A stretch of 64,000 nucleotides of DNA. It comes from Cyanophora paradoxa CCMP329. Taxonomy: Eukaryota > Plantae > Glaucophyta. The notes under the pieces were generated by a model that was not told where the DNA came from, ran no database searches, and saw nothing but the letters and a program-made list of their open reading frames with translations. Position numbers and translations under genes: made by a program. The stretch spans positions 124,001 through 188,000 of the forward strand of contig QPMI01000423.1 of NCBI GenBank assembly GCA_004431415.1. The letters run 5' to 3'. Of this stretch, positions 51,481 through 60,385 are shown piece after piece (position 1 is the first letter of the stretch; the number at the start of each line of letters is the position of its first letter).

Positions 51481-53743
51481 TGGCGGGGTTTGGAGGGGCG
51501 GCTGATCATGAGGGGCCCCATCCCTGTCTTGTCCCACCGGCCCGACCCGCCCTGTTCTTGTACCTGCTGCCTTGTAGAGCATGTGAAGAACTCAAATAGC
51601 TTTCGTTTATCGCTTTTCTTGCCCCAGCAGAGCCTGTGCCGTGCCTGGGTGCCGTGCCTTCGCCGCCTTCCCTCATTTTGACGGTCACGCCGACAAATAT
51701 TGAACCACCAGCGCGCAATCTCGATATAAATGAGTGACATTCTGAAAGAATAGTATCTTAAGAGTGTGTGTACTCATTTTCGCAGCGAGCGCGAACGTTT
51801 CGGACGATCCACGTTAACATGAGTCTTTAGACCAGAGTACTAGACCTGACTTCACTAAGTTCATCTTCACAACTACTTCAACATCGAGAAACCCTGCTCA
51901 TCGTCCGAAACGTTCGTCGAAGCATGATATTTGAGTTAAAATGAGATATTCAGACTATGTACATCATGACCACAAAGCGGGAAGTCCGTGTGAGTACTGG
52001 GTCTTTGAGCCGCCGGGCATGTTCGAGCTGCAGGCCTTCCCCGCGCACGCGCGGGTCCGGCCCACTGCGCTTGAGTGAAAAGCCAGTGCTAGTGCGGGTT
52101 AACCCGCGGCCGGAAGCCTTGACAGGGCCCGCGGCCCGACCGCCGCGGCGGTACGCCGTGATAACCCGAGGGCACCTGCGCATGCCCGTGCTAGCGCTCC
52201 GCCGCGTGCCGCGGGTGCAGCTCGAAGCGGAGCGCGCCCTGCGGGCTCGTGTATGTTCTAAAGAAGATGAACATGCGACTGCAAGCGGCGAGAGCCTCAG
52301 GGAGGCCGAGCAGCTAAAGTCGCCCGCGGCTTAGGCCGCGCGCGGGAAGTCCGACTTGCGATTGGCGAGCCTCGGAGCGCGGGCCGCCGTGCGCTGATCA
52401 TGATCATGATCATTTCGGGTCCGGCCACAAAGCTTAAGTTCCCTGCCAGGCTGTAGCTCGCCATCCCATCCCTCGTTCCAAACAACGCAATATGCTGAAA
52501 GCGTACAGTCGAGTGCTTGATCATGACAGAATACGCATGAACAAATGCTATGCTATGCTATGGGCGGCGGCAGAGAGCGCCTGTTGCCGCAGCCGCAAGG
52601 AGCGCCAAGGATGCTTGCGGCGGGAGCCAGGAGAGCCGGCCACAGCGGCGGGGCTATGAGGGGCGCGGGCTGGGAGCCGGCTGGCCGCGGCGGGGACGAT
52701 GGAACGCCGCGCGACGACGGGCAGCGCCGGATGGCGCAGGGCGACAGAAAACTGGCCGAGGCCGGCGGGCAGCGCCGGGTGCATGCGGCGGGGAGAATGG
52801 GGCGGCACGGAACGCACGGGACGCAACAGATAGCGGCCGTGTGCCGCGTCGGGGCGAGCAGAAGAACTGGCGGCGGAACGGTGAGCAATTGGCGACGACG
52901 CAAAAGAAAGAGAAAGGAAAGCGTCGCACCGGAACAAGCGGGACGCGCCTACAGCTGACAAAGCTTCGATGCGCAGCTGCTAGCTGCGAGTATCGCCGCC
53001 ACCGTAACCGTTCTGCAGCATGCCAGCAACTGGAGCATGAGAGAACAGCGGAAGGACGGCGCACGTCGCGGGGCCGCGAACCATGTGAAGTGCGATGATT
53101 GACGAAAGCGAAATGTCTCCGCACTGTTTCCCTGCGGACAGACTGCGTCACACAGCTGGGAGGCAGGATCCGCGCACCTGGCCGGAAAAGCAACGCTCTG
53201 ACCTGCGCAGGCTCTTATAATGAGTCTTTGGAGCCATTCTACACAGCTGGAACGCTTAGCTGTGGCCGGGATTCGCCCAGGACCATGTGACCGTTGCATG
53301 CGATTCGCTAAAACGACCGCACCGGCGCCTCCAGTCCCGCCTCAACATCTTCTGAGTTGTCACAGAGTCCTCTCAAGCTGCTGAGCTGCGCGAGAGACGA
53401 GGTGGTCAGGAAAACCTGCCGGCAAGCCGGCAAGCGTCGCACCTGCGGACGGCCTGGCTTGCGATGACGTCTGCCCGGTATTGAACTTGCGGACGACGGC
53501 GCGCGCGCGTGCGCTGGCAGGTGCGAGCGCCGGGGGCGAGAGGTTGCTTGGCAGCGGGCGGGCGGTCTGTCTAGATCTGTACCCGACGACGGACGTTGCC
53601 AACTGGACGTGTTCGCGAACTTGTTCGCGAAAAAATGATGATGATCATCATGATGCATCATGCATCATGAGTTCCGAGAACTGGCTCTAACACGCCTATT
53701 TTCCCATTGATGCTCCATCCCCAGCGTTTTTCCGCCCGTGAAG

Positions 53744-54041
53744 ACACATAGAGAAAAGCCCGCGTTTTATCCCTCGGCTAAGTTTAATTATATTTTGTTT
53801 ATATTTTACCTATATTTCTTGCATATTTTACGATAATTTATGTGTATTTTATCCTTTATTCTTGTCTTTTATGTGCGTATTTCATATATATTACTATCCA
53901 AAACCTTACTGAAACTTAATTTATTCGTATCTCCGATGTATTTTACCTCTATCTCTCGTAATCATTTGTATTTGAGGTGGATTTTAAACTTAGATAAATT
54001 ATATCACGTCTCCTGATAAAACGCGGGCTTTCTCTATGTGT
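53744..54041. repeat. 27/28-bp inverted repeat bounding a 243-bp T-rich segment at the viral terminus
   Basis: ACACATAGAGAAAAGCCCGCGTTTTATC (53744-53771) pairs with GATAAAACGCGGGCTTTCTCTATGTGT (54015-54041); inner pair CTAAGTTTAA (53778) and TTAAACTTAG (53984). Confidence 0.92.
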
Positions 54042-54334
54042 GATATTACGCATTATCGTGTATAATGATATGGAAATAATATGAGTATGCATTTAATGAA
54101 AAATATGTATAAAATTATAAATAAAATAATGAAATATTTGTGTGAAATTCTAACGGAATTCCGTCGAAAAATAATAAAATGTTCTTTTGGATATAATGCG
54201 ACGATGATATGGAGCGCATATGGCGCCGTTGTAAACAGCTACAATGTGCTGTATGGAGCGCGGAGCGTGTATTATAAGAAAGATAAGTTAGTATTCTAAA
54301 TAGATCTTCTGTTATTATAATGGTATTTCCTATG

Positions 54335-54655
54335 TGTTACAGGTGTTACAGGTTCATCCCAAACTTTCCCCTAGGAGGAGGTCGGCGGTTTGGAACTTTG
54401 GGATAGACCTGTAACACCTGTAACAACGTAACCATCTACAATGTGCTGTATGGAGCGCGGAGCGTATAATACAATAAAGATAACGTATTATTATTATGAT
54501 TACTTATAGTATTTTATGACTGATATTATGTTATTTTAATGGGTTCTTACTGAAAATGGTATGTGTTACAGGTGTTACAGGTTCATCCCAAACTTTCCCC
54601 TAGGAGGAGGTCGGCGGCTTGGAACTTTGGGATAGACCTGTAACACCTGTAACAC
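54335..54655. repeat. Two copies of a 91-bp imperfect palindrome, 229 bp apart
   Basis: TGTTACAGGTGTTACAGGT-TC-ATCCCAAA...TTTGGGAT-AG-ACCTGTAACACCTGTAACA at 54335-54425 and 54564-54654; CTACAATGTGCTGTATGGAGCGCGGAGCGT precedes each copy. Confidence 0.92.
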
Positions 54656-54819
54656 CACACTGAAAAACAATTAATTAACCTGTTACATCTTCTTTTACCA
54701 TTTATTACCGTGTCGGAAATCTCGATACTTTATGTCTCTCCGTTTGCGGTGATCCACCAAAGATACCTATTATCCTCTCTTCTATTAAACATGATATATT
54801 ACATGTCTTTCGCTCGTGC

Positions 54820-54900
54820 AAAAATTGAAAGTCCCGTGAGCTACACAAATTGATTTAAGGAAGTTGTGATATAGAGGTGTAAGAAAGAAAAATATTTTCT
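54820..54900 (+). promoter_or_regulatory. Putative early promoter with AAAAATTGA motif (copy 1)
   Basis: AAAAATTGA at 54820-54828 and ATTTAAGGAAGTTG at 54853; near-duplicated upstream of the next gene; matches the Mimiviridae early motif AAAATTGA. Confidence 0.7.
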
Positions 54901-54921
54901 GTGTCTAATATAAAAGCAAAC

Positions 54922-55530
54922 ATGGCTTATCTGTTCAATGGTCAAATCATCTTCTCTGTTCGTATTCGTGATATTCCGTTTTCCGTCGGTGAAATGCTGG
55001 AAATTATAAATGCTATCCATCATAACGGAAGATTAATAGGCAATTCACCCACTTATTCTGATATGCGGGGTGTCGGTTATTTCATGCATAAACCTCATCA
55101 AATAGTCGTTAGACATGTCGATGATCGGTTTTACATTGCGAAAGCGATCGAGCCTATGGGAAATATTAAATTCCTTGTAAGACAACTCCGTTATGATGAA
55201 ACAGAGGATGAAGAATATGTAGAAATTGTCAATTTCTGGCGACATGTCCGATGCACTCAATATAAGGTATCTGATGTCATGGATGTAATTGTAAGAGATT
55301 ACGGTAATCAGATGCAACCACGTTATTATTTTCAAGTTAATCGTGATCTCTCGGTTTATCATCGCAAGTTTGAAGGGCATAACTTAAAGTTAACTACGCG
55401 TGCATCGGTTCGTAAATTCTTAAAAGCCAATGGTGCCGCATGGAGTCGTGGACATCGCATGTGGTATATTGAAGAAAAGGACAAAGTGGGTATAGTGGGT
55501 GATATATTCGGTTCGATTGATCGCAATTAA
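54922..55530 (+). CDS. Viral hypothetical protein with a C-terminal DUF5710-like motif
   Basis: 202-aa ORF from ATG 54922; FLKANGAAWSRGHRMWYI resembles the K-x-x-GA-x-W-x5-WY motif. Confidence 0.7.
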   Translation: MAYLFNGQIIFSVRIRDIPFSVGEMLEIINAIHHNGRLIGNSPTYSDMRGVGYFMHKPHQIVVRHVDDRFYIAKAIEPMGNIKFLVRQLRYDETEDEEYVEIVNFWRHVRCTQYKVSDVMDVIVRDYGNQMQPRYYFQVNRDLSVYHRKFEGHNLKLTTRASVRKFLKANGAAWSRGHRMWYIEEKDKVGIVGDIFGSIDRN

Positions 55531-55536
55531 TCAGGC

Positions 55537-55620
55537 AAAAATTGAAAGCCCCGTGAGCAACTCAAAATGATTTAAGGAAGTTGCAATATATAGGGGTAAC
55601 AAAGAAAGAGAAAAATTTTT
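55537..55620 (+). promoter_or_regulatory. Putative early promoter with AAAAATTGA motif (copy 2)
   Basis: AAAAATTGA at 55537-55545, then CCCGTGAGC and ATTTAAGGAAGTTG at 55570. Confidence 0.7.
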
Positions 55621-55635
55621 CCGTGACGTGTTACA

Positions 55636-55914
55636 ATGTCGCGCGCTGAAATGTTTAAGGAGATCTCCGATATCATGGAAGCCGCCGAATACTTCTATAA
55701 ACAAAATGACACCCTTTACCCTTCTCTGTCTCATATTGTAGCGATTGGTTTCTTAGCTGATAGACCTGATCGACTGTATGCAAAGAGTGATGAAAACCAC
55801 TTTTTCCACTATCAAAAGCAAACTTTAAAAAGAGGAAAGGTGGAATACAACGTTAAAGCACTGTTTAACTTTGGCGGCGAGTTCATCCCTCTTATCGAAT
55901 TCAAAAACCACTAA
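55636..55914 (+). CDS. Viral hypothetical protein (92 aa)
   Basis: ATG ORF behind the duplicated promoter; its stop overlaps the stop of the convergent penton gene. Confidence 0.7.
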   Translation: MSRAEMFKEISDIMEAAEYFYKQNDTLYPSLSHIVAIGFLADRPDRLYAKSDENHFFHYQKQTLKRGKVEYNVKALFNFGGEFIPLIEFKNH

Positions 55915-56822
55915 TCAATACCTAACGCTAAAAATTCCAACTGGAACGAATTATCGATACCGTTCATATCAACAACATCACCGTAATAATCACGAAACTC
56001 TACCGTTAACTCATTAATCACCAAATTACGATCGTTTATTTTTATGTATTCGCCATGCTCTCCGCTATGGTATATATACTTTCCGATGTCCTGACTTAAT
56101 TGTAAACGCAAAATTGCGCCTTGGTTCTGTGGTTGCGATCGTGGGACTATATTATGGTTTGCCGCAAATGTGGCAATTTCTTTAATGTGCATATAAATGT
56201 ATTGTTCAGCGTTCATGTCCGCCATCTTTGGACTAACCGCTTTAAAAGCCATCGGTGCCGCTACTAACTCCGCTCCCTCGAATGTTATCCCCCACTGTGG
56301 GTGATCTGGTGTTATCGGAGTCCCCGCATAAAATAAGATATTTTCGGGAGCATATAAAGACCTATTGTTATCTATTATCTGTTCTGCGCTACCTAATAAC
56401 GTTGTTGCACTGAGACCCAATAACTTAGCTATCCTATTGTTTCCGGCGATGAGTTCAAAAGCATAATTACTATAAAACTCTAACTTGTATGTCGTCGGAT
56501 TGTAGTAGATCTTAAATAATATATTGTCAGTAACGGCATAATTTAAACCATAATTATATGGCTGTGTCACCCCGAAGTGTCCTTGGTTTATGTAACCACT
56601 CGGTAATGGAAATACTTGCTGATTAAGATAAACACCATCAATATTATAACGTATGTAAATAAAATCGGTTCCTATTGAATTATAGATACTGTTCGGAATT
56701 TCAGCATACAAAACGCGACATTGCCGCGGTTTGGTTATTGGTCTTGTGAGTGCAACCCTATAAGAGTTTTCTTTTTGTCCTTGTTGTCGATCTCTACTAT
56801 CGACATTGATAAGACGAATCAT
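55911..56822 (-). CDS. Minor capsid (penton) protein 1
   Basis: N-terminal INVDSRDR...YAEIPNSIYN and C-terminal YIYMHI...LTVEFRDYYGDVVDMNGIDNSFQLEF are typical single jelly-roll penton signatures. Confidence 0.85.
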   Translation of the reverse strand: MIRLINVDSRDRQQGQKENSYRVALTRPITKPRQCRVLYAEIPNSIYNSIGTDFIYIRYNIDGVYLNQQVFPLPSGYINQGHFGVTQPYNYGLNYAVTDNILFKIYYNPTTYKLEFYSNYAFELIAGNNRIAKLLGLSATTLLGSAEQIIDNNRSLYAPENILFYAGTPITPDHPQWGITFEGAELVAAPMAFKAVSPKMADMNAEQYIYMHIKEIATFAANHNIVPRSQPQNQGAILRLQLSQDIGKYIYHSGEHGEYIKINDRNLVINELTVEFRDYYGDVVDMNGIDNSFQLEFLALGID

Positions 56823-56851
56823 TTTATTATATGAATATAGATTAAAGAAAC

Positions 56852-57862
56852 ATGCCGGTCGAATATGTCGAAGTTTCATCATTTAGACAGGCTCCTAATC
56901 TCGATGCGCCGACGTCTAAGTTTATCGCTGAATTACCAAAGATGTATGAGAATGTCAGAGCTGTCCGACTTGTTTCGGCGGAATTCTATAACTCCATTCC
57001 TCTTATCAGCGGTGAAAGTGTCCCCGGAGATGTCACAGTTAATGATTCTTTCACTATTAATTTTAGTATCGCTAATTCAGCTATCAACTCTACCAATGCA
57101 CCCGCTCCCGGTTTCGATGTTTGGCGCTCGATTCGTCCCGGTCAAAGTAGCGGAAGCTTAGTAATTAATACGCATCAGGAATTAGTAAACCGTATTAATA
57201 CTCGGTTTACGGGTTTAACACCCGATCCTCAAATTAGGTGTAAATGGGATACCGAAAATAAACGCGTAATATTCTATGCTCCACATGAATTTTACATAGC
57301 ATTCACAACTGCTAAGGATCCTTCTAGTTCGATGGCTGAAAAATCAAACCGACACGGTCGTATGCTTGGTCTCGATGCCGGAAGAGCCGGTAACCGTTTC
57401 ATCAAATCTAACATTTACTCAACTGAATATGATTCAGTTTTTACCGGTGCTAATGTTCATGGTATCATCTCTACATTCCCTACTGAGAGTTGCAAAGATA
57501 ACGTATTATTTGTAAGAGTAAAAGAACTGGGTGACCTCGTTCAATGTGCCGATGGTCTCCTATCTGGATACTTCCATAAACTCGTGGTGCAAGATAAAGA
57601 CTTTGCGGAACACGTTGTTTATAACTCAATAGAAGCAAACCCGTTATATAAGTATTACGGGAAATCATTCTCTATTTCTCAATTGTCCGTAGAAATTGTG
57701 AATGCTCAAAACGAATTAATTGATTTCGAAGGGCAACCTGTGCATTTAACTTTCGAGATCCGATATGGAAATGAACCCGCCGGTGATCCTGTTTATGAGT
57801 ATTTCAAAATGCGGATGGCGGAAACGCATCCGAATTATCCGGTGATTTGCAATTTTGGATAA
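56852..57862 (+). CDS. Minor capsid (penton) protein 2
   Basis: VEVSS...LPKMYENVRAVRLVSAEFYNS and LFVRVKEL...ISQLSVEIVNAQNELIDFEGQPVHLTFEI; paralogous to penton 1. Confidence 0.82.
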   Translation: MPVEYVEVSSFRQAPNLDAPTSKFIAELPKMYENVRAVRLVSAEFYNSIPLISGESVPGDVTVNDSFTINFSIANSAINSTNAPAPGFDVWRSIRPGQSSGSLVINTHQELVNRINTRFTGLTPDPQIRCKWDTENKRVIFYAPHEFYIAFTTAKDPSSSMAEKSNRHGRMLGLDAGRAGNRFIKSNIYSTEYDSVFTGANVHGIISTFPTESCKDNVLFVRVKELGDLVQCADGLLSGYFHKLVVQDKDFAEHVVYNSIEANPLYKYYGKSFSISQLSVEIVNAQNELIDFEGQPVHLTFEIRYGNEPAGDPVYEYFKMRMAETHPNYPVICNFG

Positions 57863-57913
57863 TTAAGGATCATTCACAGAATTTTTATATTTTATTATTG
57901 TAAAAGAGAAAAC

Positions 57914-59314
57914 ATGGACGTCACGACAACCCTCCAACGTCTTTCCCTCAAAGAGGCGCTAACCACCCCCGAAGAGGCGAAGGCGTTCTTCCTCGATAAC
58001 TCGCTTATGCTTGGTCTGGAATCGAAGACTAAACCCGTTCTCGTTACTGTTAGCCCATCGACAACCTTCCCTAACAACGCTGCGCAACGAGTAAGTTTCA
58101 AACTTCCACGTTACAACTTTATCGGTAAGCTGGAACTCGCTTTCGATCTTAGCGAAATTGCGGGTTTCATCGGTGATACCGATCTTGTTCGTAATGGTTA
58201 TGTGCGCCCCGTCGGCGCTCTCGTAGAGCGTCTGGAAATCTCGTATGGCTCTTACCTTTTCACTGTGCCTTCTGATTTCCTCGCTCACTTCCCTCTGGTT
58301 TACTATTCGGAGGATCAGCTAGCGAAAAAGAAACGTTCGGCTGGTTTCCTACACGGCATCCCACAACACGGAACTAACCGACTTGGTGGGTCATTCTTTG
58401 TGGAAATCCCGGTTCCATGGTTAAATAGTTACCTACCTCTTGGCGCGCTCTCAGGCGAAATGGTAGTTACCGCATGGTTCCGTGACCCCGCTAAGGGTGG
58501 ATTCATTGAGACTTCTTATGGTGGTCGCGCTCTTCCGGTTGTAGGATCTACCGCCGCTGATCAAACCGCTAATGACGGTCTCGGAGACGCTGTAAGCGTC
58601 ACACTTGCTAATGTCGGTCAAAACATCACAACTGGAACCATTACCGGTCTGTCCATTCCATCATCTGCACCCGTGGATACTATTATGATCACCAACCCAC
58701 GCCTTTACATGCATGCCGTCAATGTTTCCGATGAGCTGTTTGCTACGGTCATTGAGAAGGTTAAGACTACTGGCATTGCGATCCCGGCTATCGACATCGG
58801 CTACGTCGATGCTTTCGATGTTGCCGCCAACGGCAACAACCAACCCAACCGTATTAACATTAGCCAAATGTCGGGGCTTGCTTTCGCTCTTCTATTCTCG
58901 GTTCGTGACTACCTTAAAACCGGTCAGGATAACAGCGGCTCCCACAGTGTCCTTAAAACATATGCGGACTCGAAGGATATCACATACACGGTGGAGATTA
59001 ACGGACAGCGTCTTTATTCCACGGAGCCTATCCCACTCCTCAAAGGTGCGGAACTCATCGCCGATGCATTCAAGTGTTCTAACATGGACAAGGAAGCTAA
59101 CCGCTATGTCCTGTCCGGTCTGCCTTTCTGTCTGGACGGAGAGAAGGCGATTCGTAACATCGCCCAAAGTGGTTATGTCGATCTAACTAACTCCTCATCA
59201 AGTTTCCTAACCCTCTACGTCCCACAAAACATGCGCCTTACTGTTAACGTGCGCGCTCTCATGCATACTATGCTCATTTGTGACCGCGACGGATTAAGAA
59301 GGGTAAATTTGTAG
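57914..59314 (+). CDS. Major capsid protein, putative double jelly-roll (466 aa)
   Basis: Size, beta-strand-rich pattern, motifs VSFKLPR..IGKLELAFDL, LVERLEISYG, VEIPVPW..YLPLGAL; located between the pentons and the ATPase. Confidence 0.8.
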   Translation: MDVTTTLQRLSLKEALTTPEEAKAFFLDNSLMLGLESKTKPVLVTVSPSTTFPNNAAQRVSFKLPRYNFIGKLELAFDLSEIAGFIGDTDLVRNGYVRPVGALVERLEISYGSYLFTVPSDFLAHFPLVYYSEDQLAKKKRSAGFLHGIPQHGTNRLGGSFFVEIPVPWLNSYLPLGALSGEMVVTAWFRDPAKGGFIETSYGGRALPVVGSTAADQTANDGLGDAVSVTLANVGQNITTGTITGLSIPSSAPVDTIMITNPRLYMHAVNVSDELFATVIEKVKTTGIAIPAIDIGYVDAFDVAANGNNQPNRINISQMSGLAFALLFSVRDYLKTGQDNSGSHSVLKTYADSKDITYTVEINGQRLYSTEPIPLLKGAELIADAFKCSNMDKEANRYVLSGLPFCLDGEKAIRNIAQSGYVDLTNSSSSFLTLYVPQNMRLTVNVRALMHTMLICDRDGLRRVNL

Positions 59315-59386
59315 TAACCTTACTGTTAATCGTAAGACATTTAAGGAAAAAATGATTAGTTATTTTTGGGGTTCTTATAAAGTAAG

Positions 59387-60319
59387 ATGTCGCATACTGT
59401 CGAATATTTCATAGCGAAGGCGAATGAAGTTCATGGTGAGCAATATGACTATTCGAAAGTAGTATATCAAGGGATGATGAAGAAAGTAACGATAATTTGT
59501 AAGACATGTCATACTGAATTCAGTCAAGCGGCGCATAGTCATATTAATCAAAAATGTGGCTGCCCATCATGTGGAAACATCAAAAAAGGAATATCTCATA
59601 GATTAACGACAGAACAGTTTATAGCAAGGTCGAAAGAGAAGCATGGGGATCTCTATGACTATTCAGACTCTGTATATGTGAAAGGAGAAGATCCCATAAC
59701 AATTTTCTGTAAGAAGTGTCAAGAATACTTTACTCAAAAGCCACATAAACATATGACTGGGGATGGTCATGCAAAGTGTAAAATGGATCGTATCAAAGAC
59801 AAATTACAAATGGGAATTGACAAGTTCAAAGAAAGAGCCATTAAACTATATGGTGATATTTACGATTACTCAAATGTCGAATATGTGAATGCAAAGACAA
59901 AAGTAAAAATCACCTGTAAAAAATGTGAAATGGAATTTGAAAAGACGCCATATGACTTTCTGAATGGTTATGGCTGTCTGTTCTGTCGCTCATCCACTGG
60001 TGAAACAAAAGTGCAATCGGTTTTAAAGGATATGGGGTTACAATTCTCTGTGTCACATCGGTTTCCTGATTGCAAACATAAAAGAGTTCTTCCGTTCGAT
60101 GTCTTTATACCATCGCTTAAAATCGCCATTGAATATGATGGAATCCAACATTTCCGACCTGTGGAACAGTTTGGTGGTCAACAAGCATTTGAAGATACTC
60201 AACTACGCGATGGTATCAAAAATCGCTATTGCGAAGCCAACAATATTAAACTCTTGCGCATCCCATACACAGAAACTGATATTGAGCGGTGCATTAAGCA
60301 ATTCATAATATCTCTTTAA
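59387..60319 (+). CDS. Endonuclease: three YDYS/CxxC zinc-ribbon repeats plus a C-terminal PD-(D/E)XK (Vsr/DUF559-like) domain
   Basis: Repeats HGEQYDYSKV..ICKTC, HGDLYDYS..FCKKC, YGDIYDYS..TCKKC; nuclease motif LPFDVFIPSLKIAIEYDGIQH..D..KN.YC..NNIKLLRI. Confidence 0.88.
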   Translation: MSHTVEYFIAKANEVHGEQYDYSKVVYQGMMKKVTIICKTCHTEFSQAAHSHINQKCGCPSCGNIKKGISHRLTTEQFIARSKEKHGDLYDYSDSVYVKGEDPITIFCKKCQEYFTQKPHKHMTGDGHAKCKMDRIKDKLQMGIDKFKERAIKLYGDIYDYSNVEYVNAKTKVKITCKKCEMEFEKTPYDFLNGYGCLFCRSSTGETKVQSVLKDMGLQFSVSHRFPDCKHKRVLPFDVFIPSLKIAIEYDGIQHFRPVEQFGGQQAFEDTQLRDGIKNRYCEANNIKLLRIPYTETDIERCIKQFIISL

Positions 60320-60385
60320 TCCAAAACCGTTTTCAGTCATATTTCGTTATTTTTATCTATCTTTATTAAGAAGATCTACAACACC

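Noticed and set aside
50589-51740. 300-aa Gly/Arg/Ala/Pro ORFs
   Set aside because: Stop-free GC minisatellite, open on both strands
54081-54299. 72-aa ORF in the viral terminus
   Set aside because: Lies in low-complexity AT-rich repeat DNA and overlaps a direct repeat
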